A DNA stretch of 64,000 bases from Planctomycetota bacterium (GCA_038227875.1 JBBRPR010000023.1:1-64000); one strand, 5' to 3'; shown: positions 40,313 to 51,832, numbered from the stretch's first letter. A program made the numbers and translations. The notes: generated by a model from the letters alone, not told the origin.

Positions 40313-41368
40313 TTAAATTTGCTTCAAGAAGCGCAGATCGTTTTCCAGGAAGCGGCGAATGTCGGTGATGCCGTGGCGCCGCATCGCCAGCCGTTCGATA
40401 CCAAAGCCGAACGCAAAGCCGGACCAGACTGTCGGATCGTAAGCGTTGTCGCCGCGCGCGTGATTGATCGCCTGGAAGACCGCCGGATCGACCATGCCGC
40501 AGCCGCCGAGTTCCACCCAGCCGGATTGCTTGCAGACCGGACAGCCCGGACAGCCCGGACCGCCGCAGGCCGGGCAGGTGCAATCGACTTCCGCGCTGGG
40601 TTCCGTGAACGGAAAGAAGCTCGGCCGGAAGCGCACCTGCGTGCCTTCGCCGAACAAGCCTTCGACGAACAGGGCGAGCGTGCCTTTCAGGTCGGCCATC
40701 GAGACGTTCTTGTCGACGTAGAGTCCTTCGACCTGGTGGAAGGTGCTGTGATGCGTGGCGTCGATCGGATCGGGGCGGTAGACGCGGCCGGGCGCAACGA
40801 CGCGCAGCGGCGGCAGGCGCGTTTCCATCATGCGCACCTGCACCGTCGAGGTCTGGCTGCGCAGCAGGGCCTGCTGATTTCCGTGAAGGAAAAACGTGTC
40901 GAAGCCGTCGCGCGCCGGATGATCGGGCGGAATATTCAAGTCGTCGAAGTTGTGGCGCGGGTCTTCGACTTCCGGACCTTCCACGACTTCAAAACCGAGC
41001 GCGCGGAGAATGTCGACGAGCGTGTCGGTGGTGCGCGTGAGCGGATGGCGCTTGCCGGTGACCGGCCGCGCTTCCTGTGGCAGCGGTTCGCTGACATCGA
41101 AGGCCGGTCCGGCGACGGGCTTGCCGGTGGCGCTCTGCGCTTTTTCGAAGGCGGCTTCGAGTTCGTTCTTGATCTGATTGGCGAGCTTGCCGGCCTGGGG
41201 TTTGATGTCCGGCGGCGCTTTGCCGACGAGGCCCATCAGCGCCTTGACGCGCCCCTTGGTGCCGAGAAACGCAATGCGCGCCGCCTCAAGCGACTTGGCA
41301 TCGCTGGCGGAACTGAATGCGGAGAGTGCTTCCGCGCGAAGAGCTTCGAGGTCGTCGATGAGCGACAT
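40313..41368 (-). CDS. pheS: Phenylalanine-tRNA ligase alpha subunit
   Basis: HPAR, FHQVEG, FRPSFFPFTEPS, GFAFGFGIERL. Confidence 0.98.
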   Translation of the reverse strand: MSLIDDLEALRAEALSAFSSASDAKSLEAARIAFLGTKGRVKALMGLVGKAPPDIKPQAGKLANQIKNELEAAFEKAQSATGKPVAGPAFDVSEPLPQEARPVTGKRHPLTRTTDTLVDILRALGFEVVEGPEVEDPRHNFDDLNIPPDHPARDGFDTFFLHGNQQALLRSQTSTVQVRMMETRLPPLRVVAPGRVYRPDPIDATHHSTFHQVEGLYVDKNVSMADLKGTLALFVEGLFGEGTQVRFRPSFFPFTEPSAEVDCTCPACGGPGCPGCPVCKQSGWVELGGCGMVDPAVFQAINHARGDNAYDPTVWSGFAFGFGIERLAMRRHGITDIRRFLENDLRFLKQI

Positions 41369-41380
41369 AAAAAAATTCTA

Positions 41381-41414
41381 CCACGGAATGCGGGGTTTAG
41401 CCCGCACTCCGCGG
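41381..41414 (-). terminator. Hairpin between rplT and pheS
   Basis: cggaatgcggg-gtttag-cccgcactccg. Confidence 0.5.
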
Positions 41415-41426
41415 TGAAAAAGTAAT

Positions 41427-41780
41427 TTACGCGAGCTTGGCCTTCGCCTGATCGGCGAGGGCTTTGAACGCGGCTTCGTCGCGGACGGCCAGATCGGCGA
41501 GGATCTTGCGGTCGAGCGTGATGCCGGCTTTCTTCAGGCCGTTGATGAACGTGGAATAGTTCATGCCGTTGGCTGCAGCGGCGGCGCCGATGCGGACGAT
41601 CCACAGGGAGCGGAACGTGCGCTTCTTGTTGCGGCGATCGCGCGTGGCGTAGGCTTCTGCGCGCTCCACGGTTTCCACCGCGGTGCGGAACATCTTGCTT
41701 CGTCCCATGACGAAGCCCTTCGCCCGCTTGAACACCTTCTTGACGTATTTCTTGCGGGGTACGTTCGTTTTCGTGCGCAT
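41427..41780 (-). CDS. rplT: 50S ribosomal protein L20
   Basis: [28 protein letters not shown]. Confidence 0.98.
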   Translation of the reverse strand: MRTKTNVPRKKYVKKVFKRAKGFVMGRSKMFRTAVETVERAEAYATRDRRNKKRTFRSLWIVRIGAAAAANGMNYSTFINGLKKAGITLDRKILADLAVRDEAAFKALADQAKAKLA

Positions 41781-41892
41781 CTTTTCCTCCTTACTAGTAC
41801 TCTAGTATCGCGAAGCCGACGGGAGTGCGCGTCCCGGCAGGCATTCGTCTTGCCGCAGCGCCACCGAAGTGGAGACCGCGGAAGAATGTGAT

Positions 41893-42090
41893 TTAACGCA
41901 GGCCCAACAGCCGCGCCATACGTCTCGCTTCAGCACCCTTCATGATGACGGAGCGTTTGCCCCGTCGGCGGCGCGCGCCGCCCTTGCCGGTCATCAAATG
42001 CCGGTGAAAGGCCTGCATGCGTTTGATCTTGCCCTTTTTGGTCACCTTGACCCGTTTGGACAGACCTTTGTGAGTCTTGAGCTTAGGCAT
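41893..42090 (-). CDS. rpmI: 50S ribosomal protein L35
   Basis: MPKLKTHKGLSKRVKVTKKGKIKR. Confidence 0.97.
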   Translation of the reverse strand: MPKLKTHKGLSKRVKVTKKGKIKRMQAFHRHLMTGKGGARRRRGKRSVIMKGAEARRMARLLGLR

Positions 42091-42094
42091 GCCT

Positions 42095-42200
42095 CTATTC
42101 CACTCCCCACTACGGCGGTGAACTGTTCACCGCACGAAAAAAAAGAGGCGGCTCGTCAGAGCCGCACTCCTGCAAACACCGAAGCGACCTTTTTACCCGG
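42095..42200 (-). promoter_or_regulatory. Structured rpmI 5' leader with intrinsic terminator
   Basis: Minus strand gcggctc-tgac-gagccgc then ctc and U8 (42137-42165). A second hairpin gcggtgaa-cag-ttcaccgc lies before the RBS. Confidence 0.6.
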
Positions 42201-42256
42201 CCGGTTTTGAATTGCAATGGTGTTTTTTGAGGCTGTGTTTGTTACTGGTGGCGAGG

Positions 42257-42321
42257 GCGGGAATCGAGATTCGGGATTCGGGATTCGCCACGCCGCTGCA
42301 TCGGCGAATCCCGATTCCCGC
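42257..42321. repeat. GGATTCG heptamer inverted array
   Basis: gggaatcgagattcgggattcgggattcgcc pairs with ggcgaatcccgattcccg. Confidence 0.75.
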
Positions 42322-42331
42322 ATTTCTTATA

Positions 42332-45300
42332 CTACGGCTTGAAGCCTTCGCTCTTGTCCACGTCCGCCTGGTCCAGATCGTCGGCGTCGATGGGTATGGT
42401 GAGCTTGGGAATGGGGAGTTTGATCTCGCCGAGGTCTTCGCTCTGGCCGTCCTTAATGCTGCGGGTGGCCAGCACCTTCTGTCCGATCACCTGGCCGCGG
42501 TCGTCCTGAATCAGCGCCAGCACTTTGTATTCGCCGGCGGGTAGTTTTCTGGCGGTGAAGATCTGGCGATCAATCTGGAAGTCAGCCGGTGGCTTTCCGA
42601 CAATGGCAATGGGCGTCGCCGGCGGCGTGGTGAAGGCCATCGAGCAGATCGCCTGGCTGCCCACGAGAATCACGTCGACGGAACCGGCGAGATTTTCGTG
42701 CGGAACGTTGGCCGGATAGTCCGGCGTCAACGCCAGCGTGATCGTGCCAGTGCCCGTGGCCACTTTCGCGTCCTTCGCCGGCAACCCAGTGACGTCGGCG
42801 GTGGCTTTGACCGGCTGCAGCGTCACCGGCTCAGTGGCGAAGGCCAGCAGGGTGGAGCGCTGTAGTTCGTCGCCGGGCGTGGTTTCGTCGAGCACAAACG
42901 GGAGATACTCGCCGGGCGCGCCGGTGAATTCCGCGCGGCCGCTGCCGTCCACATTCTGCAGCGATTCCAGCGAGTACCAGTACCAGAACTCTTCGAAATG
43001 CTTGAACGCTTCGGCCGGCAGCAGCTTGATGCTGTGACCGCAATTGGCTGTGCCGAGATTGATCGCCGCTGCGCCGTGCGGAAGCAACTTCAGCGCGAGT
43101 GCCGGCGGTGGCGGCTGCCCGGCAACCAGCGAGATGCGCGGAGGTTCGCCGTCGAGCAGGCTGCCAGCGGCGATGGCACTGGCGAGATAGTCGCCGGGCG
43201 TCAGGCCCGTAAAGGTGAATTCGCCTTTGGAATTAACCGTCGTCCAGGCGTCGGCATTGCTGGTCATATCGGTCAGGATCACTGCTGCTGAAGCGGTCGA
43301 AACAGTCGTGGGAAGTTCGATGTGTCCGGAGACTTTCAGGCCCGGATGGAGCGTCACGGTGACGGCGGTGTCCTCCTTGCCGGCGATCACGGTGACTGGC
43401 AGCGAGGCTGGCGTGAGATAGCCGGGCTTCTCGACTTTGAATTCGCGGTCTCCGGCCGCCAGGCCCGTGAAGGCGAGCGCGCCTTTGGTGTCGCTGGTCT
43501 TCTGATGGAGCTTGACGCCCGGATTGGGATTGGACGGCCAGATGCGGACGCCGGCGACGGGCTTGCCCGCTTCGTCAACCGTGCTGACTTTCAGGCCGCC
43601 GTATTCCTGCGCCTTGAGATGGATCTCGAGCTTCAACAGGTCCAGGCCGGGCGTGGCCAGATCCAGCGTGGCCGGCTGAAATCCGGCGGCGATGACTTTG
43701 ATCTTGCTGGGCGTACCCGGCGTATTTCCCAGCGCCAGATCGAACGAGAATTCGCCGTCTTCATTGGTGCTCTCGTTGGCCTGTCCGGCCGGACCGGCGG
43801 TGTCGAGACTCAGGGCCGCGTCGGTGCACGGCTTGCCGTTGGGCAGCAGCACTTTGCCCTTAAGCTGAGCGATTCCGACTTTGGGCGCTTCCAGCTTGAT
43901 CGAGGGAACTTCCAGAACCTTGCCTTCTTCGACGACCAGGTTGAACACAAACGTGCGCGATGTCGCACCGATCACCGCCAGCGTGTAGGTTCCGGGCGGA
44001 ATGTGATCGAGCGCAAAATCGCCTTCCAAACCCACGCGGGCGGAGAGCGAGTAGGGTTCCAGCGCCGTGAACTCCATCAACGATTGCAGTCCGGCCAGCG
44101 CCGCGAAGCGTTCGGGAAGGACGCCCACGCTGACGCCCGTGGCCGGATCGCCTTTGTCGGTGGTGATTTTCCCCTTCATTCCGCCGCCTGAGACTGGCTT
44201 GAGGGTCAGTTCCAGCGGCGCGCCGGCCTTGATTTCCAGCGCGTCGACGAAGTAGAGCCGGCAGGTGGTCTCGGTCTCCTGCATGATCCAGGGTGCGTAC
44301 TGCAGGCTGTGTTCGGGCATGGTGTCGAAGTCGCGGACGAGCAGCCGGTACTTTCCCGGCTCCAGATTTTCCAGCGTGAGCGCACCGGTTTCGTCGGTGT
44401 GCTGCGGCGGTTCCCAGCGGCCGGTCATCCATGTGTCGTAGAGCGTCATCAGGGTGCGCAGTTCCGTGCCTGGCGTGACGGTCACCGGCGACAGGGACAC
44501 ATAGGTGTTGGATTTGGAGACTGCTTCGCCGCCGGCTTTCTTCAGGCTGAGCTTGATGCCGCCCAGGGTTTTCGGGACGAGCTTCATCGGCGGAATTTCC
44601 GTCAGCTTATCTTCGTTCACGCGCACGAACGCGCCTTCGATCGTCTGTGAGTTCACCGTCCAGAGGGCTCGGTACGTGCCGTCGGGCACGTTTTCGAGGC
44701 GGACCTTTCCGTCGGCGCCGGAGGTCTGTGCGAGGGCACCGAGCGCGAGCTTTGCGTCCTTGAGCGGCTTGCCGTCGGCGTCGAGCGCCGTGGCTTGCAC
44801 GGTTCCGCCGGCAGACAGCGTGACGATGATGCGGTTGGAGCCGGGAACGAGCCGCACGCGCTCATTCGATTCGCCACGCGGTGACGTAAACTTGGCCCAT
44901 TGGATATTGAGATCGTAGACCCCGGGATCGACTTTGCCGACACTGGCCGTGCCATCTTCGCGGGTGGCAATCTTCTGCGCCTTGGGATCGTCATCGACGA
45001 CGTCTTCGGGCGAGAGCGCGGTCAGGTCGCCCTGCGCGCCGGAGATCGGCTTGCCGTCGCGGTCGACGACCAGCAGGGTAAGGCTGGTCTGGCCGAGTTG
45101 TCCGAGAAGTTCGGTGGCGGCGATGCGGACTTCAGCGTCGTTGCTGGCCGCGGCTTTTTCGAGCGCTTCGCGGGCCGTTTCGCCCATCGCCGCGATTTTC
45201 TGCATGGCGGTGTTGCGTTCGTCGAAGTCCTCACTGTTTAAATGCGCGACGAGCTGGTCGAGGTCCGGCTGTGAATTCGGAGGCAAGTCGGCGGCGTGGC

Positions 45301-45361
45301 ATTGCAGGATCATCAAGGCCAGCGGGACCAGGCTGGCGCTGCGCTTTATGAACGAACTCAT
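42332..45361 (-). CDS. Secreted HEAT plus carboxypeptidase-regulatory-like (prealbumin fold) repeat protein
   Basis: Signal peptide, HEAT-like N-terminus, repeated VVDxDGKP..GA / LxPGxY modules. Confidence 0.8.
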   Translation of the reverse strand: MSSFIKRSASLVPLALMILQCHAADLPPNSQPDLDQLVAHLNSEDFDERNTAMQKIAAMGETAREALEKAAASNDAEVRIAATELLGQLGQTSLTLLVVDRDGKPISGAQGDLTALSPEDVVDDDPKAQKIATREDGTASVGKVDPGVYDLNIQWAKFTSPRGESNERVRLVPGSNRIIVTLSAGGTVQATALDADGKPLKDAKLALGALAQTSGADGKVRLENVPDGTYRALWTVNSQTIEGAFVRVNEDKLTEIPPMKLVPKTLGGIKLSLKKAGGEAVSKSNTYVSLSPVTVTPGTELRTLMTLYDTWMTGRWEPPQHTDETGALTLENLEPGKYRLLVRDFDTMPEHSLQYAPWIMQETETTCRLYFVDALEIKAGAPLELTLKPVSGGGMKGKITTDKGDPATGVSVGVLPERFAALAGLQSLMEFTALEPYSLSARVGLEGDFALDHIPPGTYTLAVIGATSRTFVFNLVVEEGKVLEVPSIKLEAPKVGIAQLKGKVLLPNGKPCTDAALSLDTAGPAGQANESTNEDGEFSFDLALGNTPGTPSKIKVIAAGFQPATLDLATPGLDLLKLEIHLKAQEYGGLKVSTVDEAGKPVAGVRIWPSNPNPGVKLHQKTSDTKGALAFTGLAAGDREFKVEKPGYLTPASLPVTVIAGKEDTAVTVTLHPGLKVSGHIELPTTVSTASAAVILTDMTSNADAWTTVNSKGEFTFTGLTPGDYLASAIAAGSLLDGEPPRISLVAGQPPPPALALKLLPHGAAAINLGTANCGHSIKLLPAEAFKHFEEFWYWYSLESLQNVDGSGRAEFTGAPGEYLPFVLDETTPGDELQRSTLLAFATEPVTLQPVKATADVTGLPAKDAKVATGTGTITLALTPDYPANVPHENLAGSVDVILVGSQAICSMAFTTPPATPIAIVGKPPADFQIDRQIFTARKLPAGEYKVLALIQDDRGQVIGQKVLATRSIKDGQSEDLGEIKLPIPKLTIPIDADDLDQADVDKSEGFKP

Positions 45362-45466
45362 GCGGGATTTTGCTCCTGGCTGAATCGGTATCGTTGTATC
45401 GGCATCAGGACGCGCGCAAAACATGGTAATAGCGGCCTCGCTGGAAGCCAGCGCGCAGCGCGCTGC

Positions 45467-47377
45467 TTAAGCGAAGAGGACGTGGCGCGTGAGGAACTTT
45501 TCGACGGCGGCATAGTAGGCCTCGATCGTTTCCTTTTTCCGCCAGCCGTGGCCTTCTCCCTGGTAGACGTGGTACTCGTGGGGGACGCCGCGTTGTTTCA
45601 GTGACGCGATGATGGCGTCGGATTGGGAGAGCGGGACGACTTCGTCGTCGGCGCCGTGGAAGATGGCCAGCGGGTCTTTGATGCCGGCAATGTGGGTGCG
45701 CGGCGAACGTTCGCGGTAGAGATCGGCGGCTTCCGGCAGCGGGCCGACGATGGAATCGAGGTAGCGCTCCTCCATCTTATGCGTGTCGGAGGCCAGGCCG
45801 AAGAGATCGGTCACGCCGTAGAGACAGACGCCGGCTTTGAAAACGCCGGGATGGAGCGCCAGCGCCAGGAGTACGGTGAAACCGCCGGCGCTGCCGCCGA
45901 GGATCACGAGCTTCTTCGGGTCGGCGTAGCCATTCTGGACGAGAAAGTGCGCCGCGCTGAGCGCGTCTTCGACGTCGCAGACGCCCCAGTTGCCGCGCAG
46001 CGCGTTCATGTAACTGCGGCCATAGCCGGTGCTGCCGCGGTAGTTGACATCGAGAACGGTATAGCCGCGCGTGGCGAAGTACTGCGTCTCGGAGGTGTAG
46101 CCGGCCTTGGCCTGCGAGGTCGGGCCACCGTGGATCCGCACGATCGCCGGCGGCAGCGGCGCTTTCTTGCCGGAACGGGCTTTGGATTCGGGTCGATCTG
46201 CATGATAAAGCAGGCCGTGAATGGTCTGCTGCTTGGCCGTCCACTGCACGGGCTGCGCGGCGACCAAGAGGTTCGCGTCGATGTTCTCGCTGGTGGCGCG
46301 TTTGATGATTTGAATGGTGTGGGTGCCGCGTGCGACGTCGAGCACCATCAGTCGTGAGGTCTGCGTGCCCGACGAGCCCACCAGCGCGATCGCGGCGCGC
46401 GCGGGATTTACGGCGGGCTGCTGGAGATCGGCGAAGCCTTCGAGTCCGCGGATGAGCTCCGACTTGCCGGAGTTCACGTCGTAGCGGACCAGCGTCGAGA
46501 CGCCGCGTTCATTGCGGACGCAGAAGATCGATTTGGAATCGTGCGACCAGCCGTACGTGCGCAGTCCCTGCACCCATGCCGGCGCGCCGAGTTGCGCTTT
46601 GGATTCGTGGGTGAGCCGACGTGTTTTGCCGAATTTCAAATCGTAGAGGTAGAAGTTGTGCCATCCGCTCTCGTCGCTCAGATACGAGAGATACTTGCCA
46701 TCGGGCGAGAATTCCGGCTGGAAGATGGCCACGTCCTCGTTGCCGGCGAGCGCGCGTTCTTCCTTGAAGAACGGCAGCCCGGTCGACTGTTCATGAACAT
46801 CGGCCAGATACAGCCGCGAGCCGTCCCAGGGCATCTGCGGATGGTCCCACGCGATCCACGCGGCATGGCGGCCGTTGCGGGCGAACGTCGGCTGCATGAA
46901 AAAGTCGTGGCCTTCTGCGACCTTCTGTGGCCAGAAGCGGCCGGCGATATCGGTGACGGCCAGGCCATCTTTACGTTCCGCGGAGAAGACGTAAAGCACC
47001 CACTTGCCGTTGGGCGAGAGCGTCGGGGCCGCGGCATCGCCGAAGGCCGGCGTGATCGCGCGCGGGCGCCCGCCGGTGAGGCTCTGTGCGTGGATACGCC
47101 CGCCGGAGACAAAGAGCGCGTAGCCGCCGCCGGCGCAGAAATCGCCACCGCCGTATCCCAGCCGCGCGCGCACGGACAGTTCGTCGGTCAGGTCGCGCGG
47201 AGCGTCGCCGTTGAGCTGCGAGGCGACGAGCACCGTGCGGTCGCCGCGCCCTTCAGTCCAGACCAGCGTCTTGCCGTCACTGTCCCACGCCGACGAGCCC
47301 AAACTGATGCCCTGAGAGACCCGCTTGGGAGAAATGGGGCTGGGCCAGAGTCCAGGGGCGGGGGCAGGCGTGGTCAT
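45467..47377 (-). CDS. S9 prolyl oligopeptidase/acylaminoacyl peptidase
   Basis: HGGPT, NYRGSTGYG, GGSAGG, DEVVP, GEGHG. Confidence 0.93.
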   Translation of the reverse strand: MTTPAPAPGLWPSPISPKRVSQGISLGSSAWDSDGKTLVWTEGRGDRTVLVASQLNGDAPRDLTDELSVRARLGYGGGDFCAGGGYALFVSGGRIHAQSLTGGRPRAITPAFGDAAAPTLSPNGKWVLYVFSAERKDGLAVTDIAGRFWPQKVAEGHDFFMQPTFARNGRHAAWIAWDHPQMPWDGSRLYLADVHEQSTGLPFFKEERALAGNEDVAIFQPEFSPDGKYLSYLSDESGWHNFYLYDLKFGKTRRLTHESKAQLGAPAWVQGLRTYGWSHDSKSIFCVRNERGVSTLVRYDVNSGKSELIRGLEGFADLQQPAVNPARAAIALVGSSGTQTSRLMVLDVARGTHTIQIIKRATSENIDANLLVAAQPVQWTAKQQTIHGLLYHADRPESKARSGKKAPLPPAIVRIHGGPTSQAKAGYTSETQYFATRGYTVLDVNYRGSTGYGRSYMNALRGNWGVCDVEDALSAAHFLVQNGYADPKKLVILGGSAGGFTVLLALALHPGVFKAGVCLYGVTDLFGLASDTHKMEERYLDSIVGPLPEAADLYRERSPRTHIAGIKDPLAIFHGADDEVVPLSQSDAIIASLKQRGVPHEYHVYQGEGHGWRKKETIEAYYAAVEKFLTRHVLFA

Positions 47378-47549
47378 GGGCGGTTCCTTTATTGCAAATT
47401 TCGGATTGCGGATTGCGGATTGGCTGGGCGGGGTCGCCTGCTCAATCGTGCTCTCCGCGATACCGGTTTACCGGGTGCGATGGTACCGAATCTTGAATGA
47501 AATGGTTTGGAAGAATTTTAGCAATCGTTCGTCAAATAGGATAGAATAG

Positions 47550-47936
47550 ATGGTGAGCCGGGACTTCGATTGGCGGGTGATGCTTATGGACTCCAAGAAG
47601 AATTTGATGATCGCTCTGGCCGTCGCGGTACTGGCGGACGCCTTGCAGATCCTGCTTCTGCCGCTGACCATCGGTGGCGGATTCATGCCAGTGGACGACG
47701 TCATTGATTTCGTCATTGCCGGCGTGATGACCTACTTGCTCGGCTGGCATTGGGTCTTCCTGCCCACGGCGGCGGCGAAGCTGGTGCCGTTCGTCGATAT
47801 GGCTCCGTTCTGGACGCTGGCGGTGTTCTTCGTCGCGCTGCGGCAGAAGAAAGACCTGACGACCTCCGAGCCACTGAAAACGGATCAGCTGAAGCCAGTG
47901 GAAATTACCATCCCTTCCTCGCAGTTCTCCAAGTAA
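47550..47936 (+). CDS. Small hypothetical membrane protein
   Basis: Hydrophobic ORF with ADALQ, LGWHWVFLPT, APFWTLAV. Start may be 47586. Confidence 0.7.
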   Translation: MVSRDFDWRVMLMDSKKNLMIALAVAVLADALQILLLPLTIGGGFMPVDDVIDFVIAGVMTYLLGWHWVFLPTAAAKLVPFVDMAPFWTLAVFFVALRQKKDLTTSEPLKTDQLKPVEITIPSSQFSK

Positions 47937-47953
47937 GTTCAGAACTATTCTTT

Positions 47954-47983
47954 GAACCTTGTCGACCGCTGTCGACAAGGTTC
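47954..47983 (+). terminator. Hairpin downstream of the membrane protein gene
   Basis: gaaccttgtcgac-cgct-gtcgacaaggttc, perfect 13-bp stem. Confidence 0.55.
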
Positions 47984-48185
47984 CACGTACAACAGGAATG
48001 CATATTTTTCGCTTAGTAGCCATGGCTACTAAGCGTCATTGCCCATTTCGCATTTACTTAATGCCTGCACACGATGCAAAACTGCATCTATATGCACACG
48101 TTCAATTTCGTCGAACAAAATGGAATACCTCGTGCCTCTCACGCATCAAATAGGTGGAGGGAATGAAGTACAGGAGGTAAAGATC

Positions 48186-48929
48186 ATGAGAAAGCTAATC
48201 TTAGCCAGTCTGCTGTTTACGCTCTCGCTCGCCGGATCCGCATTCGCCAACGTGGTCGATGATGTCGTGACCTTGCAGCGTCAGGGTGTGTCCAAAGAAG
48301 TCATGGTGGCCTGGATTGAACGCCAGCCGCGCGGTTACCGCATCACGCCAGATGACTTGGTGCGCTTGAGGAGTGAAAGTGTCCCGGATTCGATCGTGGT
48401 CGCATTGCTGCGTAACGGCGATTACACGGTTCGGCATTCCGGTTCGGATGTGGCGGTGAATACGGCTCCGACGACGTCGTACATCACTGATCCTGCAGTG
48501 ACGACGGTGGTCACCCCGTCGTATTCCACCGTCTACACGGATACGGTCTACAGTCCGTACTATGGTTACTATGGCTCGCCATACTATAGCAGCTACTACG
48601 GCTATCCTTACTACGGGTATGGATACGGCAGTGGGCTGTACCTGAACTTCGGGTTCGGCGGCCATTACGGTCACCATTACTACGGCAACCATAACTACGG
48701 TGGCCACTACAATTCGGGTTCGCACTATTACGGCAACTCGAACGGTTACCGGGGCAGCGCTGGCACCGGCTACACTTACGGTCGGTCCACGAGCTCGCCG
48801 CGGTACTACTCGGGTTCCAGTGCACTTCGCAGCGACGGAAGCCGGTCGTACTCCGGATACTCCAGCGGCCGGTCGTCGTTCTCGGGAAGCCGTTCGTTCT
48901 CGAGCGGCGGTGGCGGGCGCCATCGCTAA
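48186..48929 (+). CDS. Secreted protein with Tyr/Gly/Ser-rich low-complexity tail
   Basis: AGGAGG RBS, signal peptide ending AFA, short helical domain (DDVVTL..QGVS / DDLVRL..ESVP), YYG/SSG-rich tail. Confidence 0.8.
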   Translation: MRKLILASLLFTLSLAGSAFANVVDDVVTLQRQGVSKEVMVAWIERQPRGYRITPDDLVRLRSESVPDSIVVALLRNGDYTVRHSGSDVAVNTAPTTSYITDPAVTTVVTPSYSTVYTDTVYSPYYGYYGSPYYSSYYGYPYYGYGYGSGLYLNFGFGGHYGHHYYGNHNYGGHYNSGSHYYGNSNGYRGSAGTGYTYGRSTSSPRYYSGSSALRSDGSRSYSGYSSGRSSFSGSRSFSSGGGGRHR

Positions 48930-48962
48930 CAGCAGTTCTTAATTTTGAATAATGTTGAATTG

Positions 48963-48988
48963 AAACTCGCCGCGATCGCGGCGAGTTT
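48963..48988. terminator. Perfect 26-bp palindrome between convergent genes
   Basis: aaactcgccgcgatcgcggcgagttt. Confidence 0.7.
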
Positions 48989-49020
48989 TTTGGGAGTTCA
49001 TTAAGAATTCAAAATTGCGT

Positions 49021-49599
49021 TTACTGCGCCGGGACCCAGTTGGTGTCCGGATTGAAGAGTGAGATGTGTGCGGTGGTCGAGCCCTGATCGGTCTGGAAAA
49101 TCACGCCGTTGTTGTTGATCGTGAAGCTGTTGCGGCCGCTGTTGTCCCACGCGGTCGGGATGGCGCTGAACGAGTAGCCGCGCGTCATGTACGAATTGAC
49201 GACGTAGTTTCGCGGTCCGCCCGTCGCGGCGGAGCCCTGCGACGTGACCACGGTAAACACGTAGCCGGCCCGCGAGATCGCCACGTTGGGCTGGCCTTCG
49301 GCCATTCCAAAGGCCTTGTCGATCAGCGCCAGTTCGCCGCTGATACCCAGCAGGCTGTTGGTGCCGGAGAGGTGCTGGCTGTACTGGAGCACGCCGCAAC
49401 GGGTGTAGTCGGTGCGGTTGTAGATTTCCTGCGCTTCCGCGTAGGCCTTGCAGGCTTGGAGCGCTGCAATTTCGTTGGCCGCCATGCGTGAGCGCAGCAG
49501 GCTGGGAATGGCAATGGACGCAATGATGGCGATGATAGCGACCACGATCATCAGTTCGATCAGCGTAAACCCACGGCAACGTTTTCCCGCTTTTTGCAT
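49021..49599 (-). CDS. Type IV pilin-like protein (prepilin N-terminal cleavage/methylation)
   Basis: RG|FTLIELMIVVAIIAIIASIAIP. Confidence 0.9.
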   Translation of the reverse strand: MQKAGKRCRGFTLIELMIVVAIIAIIASIAIPSLLRSRMAANEIAALQACKAYAEAQEIYNRTDYTRCGVLQYSQHLSGTNSLLGISGELALIDKAFGMAEGQPNVAISRAGYVFTVVTSQGSAATGGPRNYVVNSYMTRGYSFSAIPTAWDNSGRNSFTINNNGVIFQTDQGSTTAHISLFNPDTNWVPAQ

Positions 49600-49812
49600 A
49601 GGCGTGCGACTCCGCTTCAGTAGCTGCGTAATACGCAAAGAGAATGCCGAGTCAGCGGAGTTGCAAATGCTGTATTTTACATAGGTCGTGGAAATATATG
49701 CGGGAATGAAGGTGGTTAATTTTGTCAGGGAGTTGCCAATAGTTTGTAGTCACTCGTTCAGAGTCGGAAGCTATTGCAATGTTAGTGCCCAGCCGTGTCA
49801 GTTTTGAAAACA

Positions 49813-51348
<1,536 letters not shown>

Positions 51349-51367
51349 TCTGGATCCCTATTCACAT

Positions 51368-51402
51368 GTCACCCAAATATGGGTGACTCACCTAAATAGT
51401 AG
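51368..51402. promoter_or_regulatory. Putative activator binding sites
   Basis: GTCACCCA-aata-TGGGTGAC palindrome followed by a degenerate second copy. Confidence 0.6.
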
Positions 51403-51455
51403 TGTCTCAGCGACTAAATGCTATTGATTTCCAAGAGGTTAGACGAACCGATCGG

Positions 51456-51470
51456 CGGCACGGGGGTTGC
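51456..51470 (+). promoter_or_regulatory. Sigma54 -24/-12 promoter
   Basis: CGGCACG-GGGG-TTGC matches TGGCACG-N4-TTGC. Confidence 0.75.
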
Positions 51471-51504
51471 CATTCAAGGTCTCCAGGAAAAGGAGACCCA
51501 TGCC

Positions 51505-51786
51505 ATGCTTGATAACGTGTGTGTCGTGACCTCGCCGTGCATCGGCACGAAAGACGGCGCGTGTGCGAAGGTGTGTCCGGTGAATTGCTTCTACGACGCC
51601 GGCGAGATGCTGGTCGTGAATCCCGACGAATGCATCAGTTGCGGCGTGTGCGTGCCGGAGTGCCCCGTCAGTGCGCTCTTCATGACCGAGGACGTCCCGG
51701 AAACCGAAACGGAATTCATCGCGCGCAACCGGATGTTCTTTGAGGGGAAGACGCAGGGGGAGTTGGATGCGTTACGGGCAGTGTGA
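51505..51786 (+). CDS. Ferredoxin (7Fe-type dicluster)
   Basis: CIGTKDGACAKVCP and CISCGVCVPECP. Confidence 0.9.
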   Translation: MLDNVCVVTSPCIGTKDGACAKVCPVNCFYDAGEMLVVNPDECISCGVCVPECPVSALFMTEDVPETETEFIARNRMFFEGKTQGELDALRAV

Positions 51787-51799
51787 GCCCGGGGGGTAA

Positions 51800-51832
51800 A
51801 AAAAACTCGCCGCGGATCGCGGCGAGTTTTTT
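51800..51832. terminator. Bidirectional terminator-like palindrome, same family as 48963
   Basis: aaaaaactcgccgcg-gat-cgcggcgagtttttt. Confidence 0.75.

Noticed and set aside
37706..41425. 1239-aa plus-strand ORF
   Set aside because: Antisense shadow of ygfA-pheT-pheS, expected in high-GC DNA.
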